The translations under genes were made by a program, and so were the position numbers. This document shows positions 57,251 to 64,000 of a stretch of DNA of 64,000 nt, one piece after another; position 1 is the stretch's first letter; every line of letters starts with the position of its first letter. The notes beneath the pieces are model-generated. The model saw only the letters and a list, made by a program, of their open reading frames with translations, was not told where the DNA came from and made no database searches. Origin of the DNA: Felis catus (lineage: Eukaryota); contig NC_058369.1 of the NCBI RefSeq assembly GCF_018350175.1, positions 19,098,001 through 19,162,000 of the forward strand. The letters run 5' to 3'.

Positions 57251-60200
57251 TGGCTCCTGTGAAGGAAGTCTCGGGACTTCCTAACTAGGAGCTATGCTGA
57301 GGGTGGCAGAGGGGTGAGGGCTGGTCCTGGGGGAGGCCCAAGGAGTTCTGCACTACTTCACCTCTCCCTCGAGATTTCTAACCTTCAGTGAAGGTGACAG
57401 TGTTTGGAAAGGACTGCAGAAGGTACCCTGAGCCCTGTTCTGGGAGTGGGGTCAGGCAGAAATAGGATGCCACTATCATGGGCATCTGGTCAGGCTTCCC
57501 GGAGGAGGCTGCATCTCAACAGGGTCAGGGAGACTGTGGGAGGGAAGAGCAGGAAGCAGAGGTGAGGTGTGGGGGAAGGGCAAGATACTGGATGGAGTCC
57601 TGCTCTTGCTGCTTTGACATAGTGTTTGTACTTGTTCCTTGTGGTTTTTAAGCTCTTTGTTCCTCATGGCAAAGGCACCAAATACATATGGTGAGGAAAA
57701 TCCAATGAGAGAGGTGCACTGGGTAGGGCATGCCTTGGAGGGAGCTCCCCACACTGAGATGAGCTCCCCACTCTGTTTGGGACCCATGAGCAGCCACAGT
57801 GACCCCTCTCTGAGCACTGTTATGGCTCCTACAGCTTGTGTTAGGGGTGACTGGACCCCTTGCTCACTTGGGCATCTGTACCACTGGGCTGAGAGCGTGG
57901 TTGCCTGGCCTGGCCTGGTACTGTCCTGGGAATTTGAGCCCCGTCTCAAGGGAGCCCTTGGAGTTTTGGAGAAGCAGAGAAGATTCCTGCTGCATTTTTC
58001 TTAGAAATAGCAAGAGGGCCTTTGCCAGAGGCCTGGATGCCAGAAGGCTCCGGTCTGAATCCAAAGCTCAGCTCACGTGGGTGCCTGAGCTTGGCAGGCC
58101 TGTAGCCACCACTTCCCACCCAGCCACCGCTCCACCCCTCCCCCACTACGGCTCTCCCCCCTCAACATACCCCAGGCTGTTTAGCAGTCTCAGGGAGGGT
58201 GGAGGCCTCCTGGGTTCCAGACCCTGACCACTGGTCCTGACCCAGCAGCGAATGGGCCTGGGTGGTGGCTGCTGGCCTAGGATCCAGGAGGCCTGCCTGT
58301 GGGGGAGGGAGGCCTCAGCTAGGCTGACTTGTGGCGTTCTCACCGGGGCTGCTGGCAAGTACGGGTATCTGCTGCATCTCTGTAGGGCAGGGACAGCCCC
58401 AAAGCAACAGGCCCCTCCAGGGACCAGGAAGTCTTTGGGGTGTGAGGCCTCAGCTCCAGATCCCCCTTCCCCCACTCTTCTTCCTTCCTTCCTCCCTCCC
58501 CCCGTCCCCCCCCTTGCCTCCACCCCTCCCATCCCCACCCTGACCCCCTCCTTGGCTTCCTACCCGGACGTGCTCTTTCCTCTGAGGTCTCTGCACCCAG
58601 CCAAGAGCCATGTTTCTTTCCACTTAGGGCTTGGTGCTGATGCTCTCATTTCCCTCCAAGGGCAGCGTCCACTGCCTGTGGACTTGCCGGTCGGCCAGCA
58701 TGGTGGGTCCCTTTGGGTCAGACGCTACAACTGGCTGAGGAACAACTAGAACTCAGGGGCCCTGTGGGCTCCTGCAACACCCAGGGGGCCTCTGCCCAGG
58801 GCGGCCTGTGCTATCGCTGTCGCTGTCGTTTGTTTTGTTTAACACCCTCCTGTCCCAGCACCAGGCTTGTGTGGAGAACTCACTGCCTTCCTGGACTGGT
58901 GACCAGCTGAGTCCTGTTTGGTCTCCCAATTCTGTCCTATTGCATCCCCTAAGGCTGACCCTAAGTACACATCTGTCTGTTCAATGCCTCAGTTTCCCCA
59001 TCTGAATGTTGGGAAGGAGACTGAGACTGTCCGGACATCCTGGGACTCTCTGGGTGGGTGACATGAAGGGCTTGTAGGGAACCCAGGAGTCCAAGGAGGG
59101 CAACAGAGGTGGGGGCTGGGTGCAGGGCAGGGGGAGGGTCTTGACACCCACTAGCCTGTCAGTCCCATCCTGGCCTGTCCGTCTGGTTGATTTATCGGAG
59201 TAAATGAGCCATGGAGAGTTTGTTGTCTTTTGCAGTCACAGGGAGGAGGTGGCGGGGGAGGGGGGGAAGGAGTGGGGGGTTTCCGGGCTAGGTCTGGAAT
59301 GTGGGAGGCGGGGTGGGCCCCTGAGGCCAGTGGAGCTGGAGGCCCGATCCACTCTCCCCACCTGAGAAATGGATCAGTGCGACCCCTCCCCACAGGGCCA
59401 ACTGTCTTCCCAACCCCCTTCATGCTTCTTGGGGCACATTCCTGTGTGAGCTGCTTGCCTGGCCCAGGCTGCTGTCTCCTACCCCGTGCACAGGGGCTGC
59501 CTGGTCCCTGCAGGCCAGCTTTGCCCCTGCACTGTGTCCTTTCCAAACAGGGTAGAGCTCTGAGCTCTGCCTGGCTGGTAAATGCCCGAAGGTGTCCTCG
59601 TAGGCATCTGCACATGCTGTTAAGGGTCCTCCTGGCTCCGTCACCAGCCCAGACCCAGATGATCAGGTGCCATGGGGGTGGGCAGGGATCACTGGAGCAC
59701 CTAGGCTAGAGAGCTCCCTACCTGCTGGGACAAAACAGTCGAAAGTTATTGGACATCCTCGTGGGAGAGAGGTGTAGAACCCTGGGTTTCCAGCCAGCGT
59801 GTGTGCCAGGGTATGACCCTGCTGCGTCTTCCCTCCTGGCTTTTCCTGGGTCAGGTTGAGCTGTGCCCCCAGCCTGTCCTCTCCTGGGCGGAGTAGGCGG
59901 GCACTGGGGCGGAACGGGCGTGGGAATAGCATGGCTGAGCCTGCTGGCCCCAGGCTCCAGCCCTCAGCCCCCAGCCCCCAGCCCCCAAAATGGGAGGGAA
60001 GCCTACAGTGGAGCTTTAGCCCAGCTGAGTGGCTCCAGCTTGGCTCTGGCTTGGTGTTTACTGAAGAGCTGGGATGTTTACAGTAGCCCTTAAGAGGGGC
60101 CCCCTAGTTCCAGAGGATTTCCCAACTTGAGGGTCCCACTGGGGCTCTTCAGACTTCACCACCTTCCCACACCCCTGGGGTAGCATTTCAGAGTATAGGG

Positions 60201-60952
60201 ACTGCAGCCATCCCTACCCTCACCAGGACTGGGCCAGTGTCACAGCACCTGTCCCTCTGCCCTCCACCCTGGTCTTGTGTCCCTTTCCCCTGGAGGAGCC
60301 GACATTCCCAGGAAGTGGCTGCTCTAAATGGTGAAATACGGTAACTGGGTCCCTAGTTCAGACTTTTAAATTAAATTCAATCAGAGCAGTTATTGAATAT
60401 AAACACACCGAGTCATTTACATGTTAATTATGTTGAATGGACTACAAGGCCATAATTAGTTGCTAATTGGGTGAGAGCGGCTGTAATTGGTTTTGTTGGC
60501 ACCGACCTGGCTCACCTGCCTGGGGGGAAGGGGGGGCGAGTGTGGATGGCTCCTGGGGAGGCCTCTGGGTGTCCAATATGGAAAGCCTGGCTCAGGATTG
60601 GGTTGGAGGGGACAGATATTAAGGGGTTTGGGGCCAGAGGAACTGGAACCTACCCCCCAGGGAAGAGGCAGCTTAAACCCTGGGTCTGGTTTCTAGGGAT
60701 TCCCATTCAGAACATTCCCCGGATAGAAAAGGGACTGAGACAGCAATCCCCTGGATCAGCTGTGACAGTCTCCCCTGTCCAGCTCCATGTGGGACCTGAC
60801 CCTGAACTAATGGTAAATGCCCAAGAGAGTCCATGGGAGCACAAGACAGATGTCATCCTGGTATATATCCCTGCAGATGCTGGGGCCCTGAGTTGGCCTG
60901 GCCAGTGTTTAGGTTTTGGCTTTGGGGTATTAATGAGGTGGGTGTGCTAAGC

Positions 60953-60986
60953 GGGGGGGGGGGGGGGGGGGGGGGGGGCGGGGGGG
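60953..60986. repeat. Poly-G tract (G26-C-G7) in SEMA3F intron 2
   Basis: Read directly; homopolymer length may be assembly-sensitive. Confidence 0.9.
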
Positions 60987-62489
60987 TAGTGAGGAGGAGG
61001 GAAGGTGCATGGAAAGGCTTCAGGGGCTGCCCTGCCCCCAGCTCAGTCTGGCTGGGGCTCCCAGGGTTGTAAGGCTGCGGCCAGGGACTGAGGCCTTCCG
61101 GCTGGCCGCTCATTAAAAGAGGATTAGGCTGGGAGCCAGGGGGCCAGCCCAGCCCCCAGGCCTTCCTCTGGGGCCCCTCACAGCTTTGGGGGGGTCATAA
61201 GGGGCTAGGGGCCACCCCTCCCTAGAGCCCCCTGGGGCATCCAGTAGGGACTGTCTAGGCCCTGCCACTCCTGCCGCCAGTGCTGACATCTCGTCCACCT
61301 CAGTTTCGTTCCTTGGAAGGGCAGGAGGATAAAGCACTGACAGAGACCCTGGCCAGCACCCCCACCTCTCACCCCCAACCTCATTTTTCTTTAGCTCAGG
61401 GATTAGGGCTGCTCTGGCCCACATGAGGTCAGAGGTCAGGGCTGGGCTTCAGGAACCCTCTATCACCCCCAGTACTCAAGCACAGCCAGGGGAGGTGACA
61501 CTGTCAGTCAGGACCTGCTGCTTTGTGAGGCTGTAACCAAGGGGGCGGGGTACCACCTCCACTCCAGGACCCCCTTTTTACAGCAGCCCCTGCCTCACTG
61601 ACAACAGAGCCCGTGTCCTAGAGACGGGCAGCAGGGGTCGGCAGCAGGGGTCAGGGCCGCCCACTTGGGGTCTTCGGGTGAGGGCTGCAGACACACCTCC
61701 TTAGTGCTGTCCACACCCACCACATCCTTTAAAGTGAGGCATCGGCTGCTTCCAGCAGGGAGGAAACAGAGACCCCCAAGGCTAAACCCCTATGGACTAA
61801 GAATGTTCCTGCCTCTGGACGTTTGCCAGGCCATTCTGGGCCAGGACCTTGAGTGTCTAATGGCCATGGGGAAGTTCTAGAGGCTGGGAACGACTGCGGA
61901 AATGAGGTGTCTGATGCCAGAAAAGGCTCTTCCTTCCCAATGACGGGAAAAGCCTTCCCGGATGTCGCCCCACCCGACCTGTGCCCAGCCTGGGTGAGGG
62001 TATGGGGGTGGGGTGCCCTTCCCAGGAGGCATTATCTGGGCACACCATACTCTCTCCCCAAGGTCAAAGCTTATCCAGACTTGAGTTCTGACATCCACAG
62101 AACCTTTGATTGTGCCCCAGCCCTCCCTCAGTAGTGCCATGGAGATGGGGGAGAGGTGACACTCCTGCTATCAGAGCTGGGCCTGGGATAAGTGGAGCAG
62201 AGGGGAGGACAGGCCTGAGGACATGGCAAGGCCAGGTCAACACCGACCCCCACAACAGATGCCCCCTTGGACCCCCAGTTCCCCTTGGCCCAAGTCTCTG
62301 CTCCTTAGTGGGGCTGGGGGCCAGGAGGATCTAGCCCTGCTGATGCTACAGGTGTCAGAGCAGGAAACCCAGGACTACTGGCCCACTTCCTGCTCTGTCC
62401 CAGGCTTCTTGGAAGAATGAAGGCCTCCAGCTCCTTTGCCCTATGGCAGGTTAGAGAAGGGGGACAGGATACTAGTTTCACTTCTCACC

Positions 62490-62740
62490 CTATGTCTTGA
62501 GGTGAGCACCACTCTCCTCTGGGCCTCAGTCTTCCCATCTGGAGTTGGGGTACAGGGCTGTCATGGGGACTTTTGTTTTAATTCTTTCCTACAATCTGAC
62601 ATGAGTGAGATGAGCACTGCAGCCATGGACTGCTATGTCCACAGCCCTATACCCAGTTTACTCCGGGGACCTGGAAAAGTCATCCTTCTCCACCTCAGTT
62701 TTCCTTTCTGTAAGCTGGGTTTAGATGGATGATTCAGGGT
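62490..62740 (+). mobile_element. MIR-like fragments
   Basis: CTCTGGGCCTCAGTCTTCCCATCTG and CCTCAGTTTTCCTTTCTGTAAG resemble the MIR core. Confidence 0.45.
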
Positions 62741-64000
62741 TTAACTCTGCTCCTGAGTTGGGGGTGGGGTGGAGACAGGCTAGAGTTAGGGGAAGGCTGG
62801 GGCTGAGTCAACAGGAAGCCCCTTCCTGCCCCATGGCCTTCTCTGCTCCTCACCCAGCACTAGGAAATGGTATAGCCGGGATGTCCTCCAAGAGATGGTG
62901 ACATCTGGGAGCCAGCTTGCATGGGGAAAGAACTTGGGACCACATCCCATTCTCCTGTCCCCACCAAGGCAGAGACACCCCATGAAAGATGGTGGGGGGG
63001 AAGTCCCAAGAAATACTCTGCTGTCAGCATTTCCCGGAATTCGAAGCAAGACCCTTACCTTCAGGGATCACCTTGAGTGTCAGTATTAGGAGGGCTCAAG
63101 AGATGGTCTAGATAGGAAAATGAGGACAGAGTGCCTTGACTGGGGTCATGAAGCCCACGCCAAAGTCAAAGATTCCTGACCTTTGGTCCCACCTCTTTCC
63201 CACCCCACATGGCCTCATGGGGGCTCCCCCTCAAAGTTTCCACAGTGACCAAAACATCATGTCCTGTGACAACAGAGCCATTGACGTCATATCCCATGGC
63301 CACTGGGAGGGGTCCCTGGGGTCCTGAGTCACATGCTCTGTTGACGGAGGGAGAGTTACCTTCAGGCCTTGCCCTCCCAGTGGGTAGTGCTCACCACCAG
63401 GACTGGCTTTGCCTGGGCCTGCATCTCCTTTAGCCCCAAGGACCATGGACCTGGGTGGGAATCCTATCCCTATGCGCTTGGTCCTGTCACTTCTCTTCTC
63501 TGTCCCTTGCTGTGCTCATCTGTAAATCAGATGTTGTCAGCTCAGGGTTTTGCACATAATAGGTGCTTGATGAGTAAATGGGAGGCTCCCTCCAGCCCCA
63601 CCTCCACCCAGGGGTTAGGGAGCAGGGACTGCAGGTTTAGGAGGAAGGATGTCAGATCACAGGGAGTCTCCTGCTCCCCATGTAGGTCTGCTGAATGAAT
63701 GGTCTCTCCCCTGCCTTTTTCACAGAAGGGGATGGAGCCTGGAGTGCTGGGGCTCTGAGTTGTGGAGGGTTACTTGGACTTGGGGCTTGGGTACTGGATC
63801 ACAGAAGGGGGTTCCAAATTACAGAGACCCAAGACTGGGCAGGGATGGAGGGTAGATGTCCCTGGGGCTAGGTATTTGGAGCTTACTCTACCCTAGGTAG
63901 GGAAAAGTAGGTACACACTTGAACCCCTGCCTCCCTCTCCTCCATTGCCCCCCAAATGCCCCCTAACCCAGTAGAACGGGTAAGGGTACAACAAAGACCG

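Overview
Mammalian genomic DNA, almost certainly a feliform carnivore (cat family) judging by the SINEC_Fc-type Can-SINEs. It corresponds to the RBM5-SEMA3F interval of human 3p21.3. Bases 271-17047 hold 20 coding exons of RBM5 on the + strand (exons 6-25 by human numbering; part of RRM1, RanBP2 zinc finger, RRM2, OCRE, C2H2 zinc finger, G-patch). All have GT-AG boundaries and splice in frame to 2039 nt ending FTEME-stop. About 30 kb of GC-rich intergenic DNA follows, then the SEMA3F CpG-island promoter, non-coding exon 1 (ending 47876) and first coding exon (signal peptide, 51877-51988). The rest of the window is SEMA3F intron 2. Most ORFs in the supplied track are spurious products of GC-rich or repeat DNA. 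I found no new gene system. The best leads are regulatory: a candidate poison exon or alternative acceptor in RBM5 intron 6 that shares an 8-mer with the regulated exon-6 acceptor, a 78-nt in-frame stop-free RBM5 intron just before the G-patch, three tandem uORFs in the SEMA3F leader, a p53 half-site cluster in SEMA3F intron 1, paired RFX X-boxes, a CTCF site, homeodomain-rich enhancer candidates, and two cases of SINE target-site reuse. Repeat families and motifs were identified by eye and from memory, not by database search.
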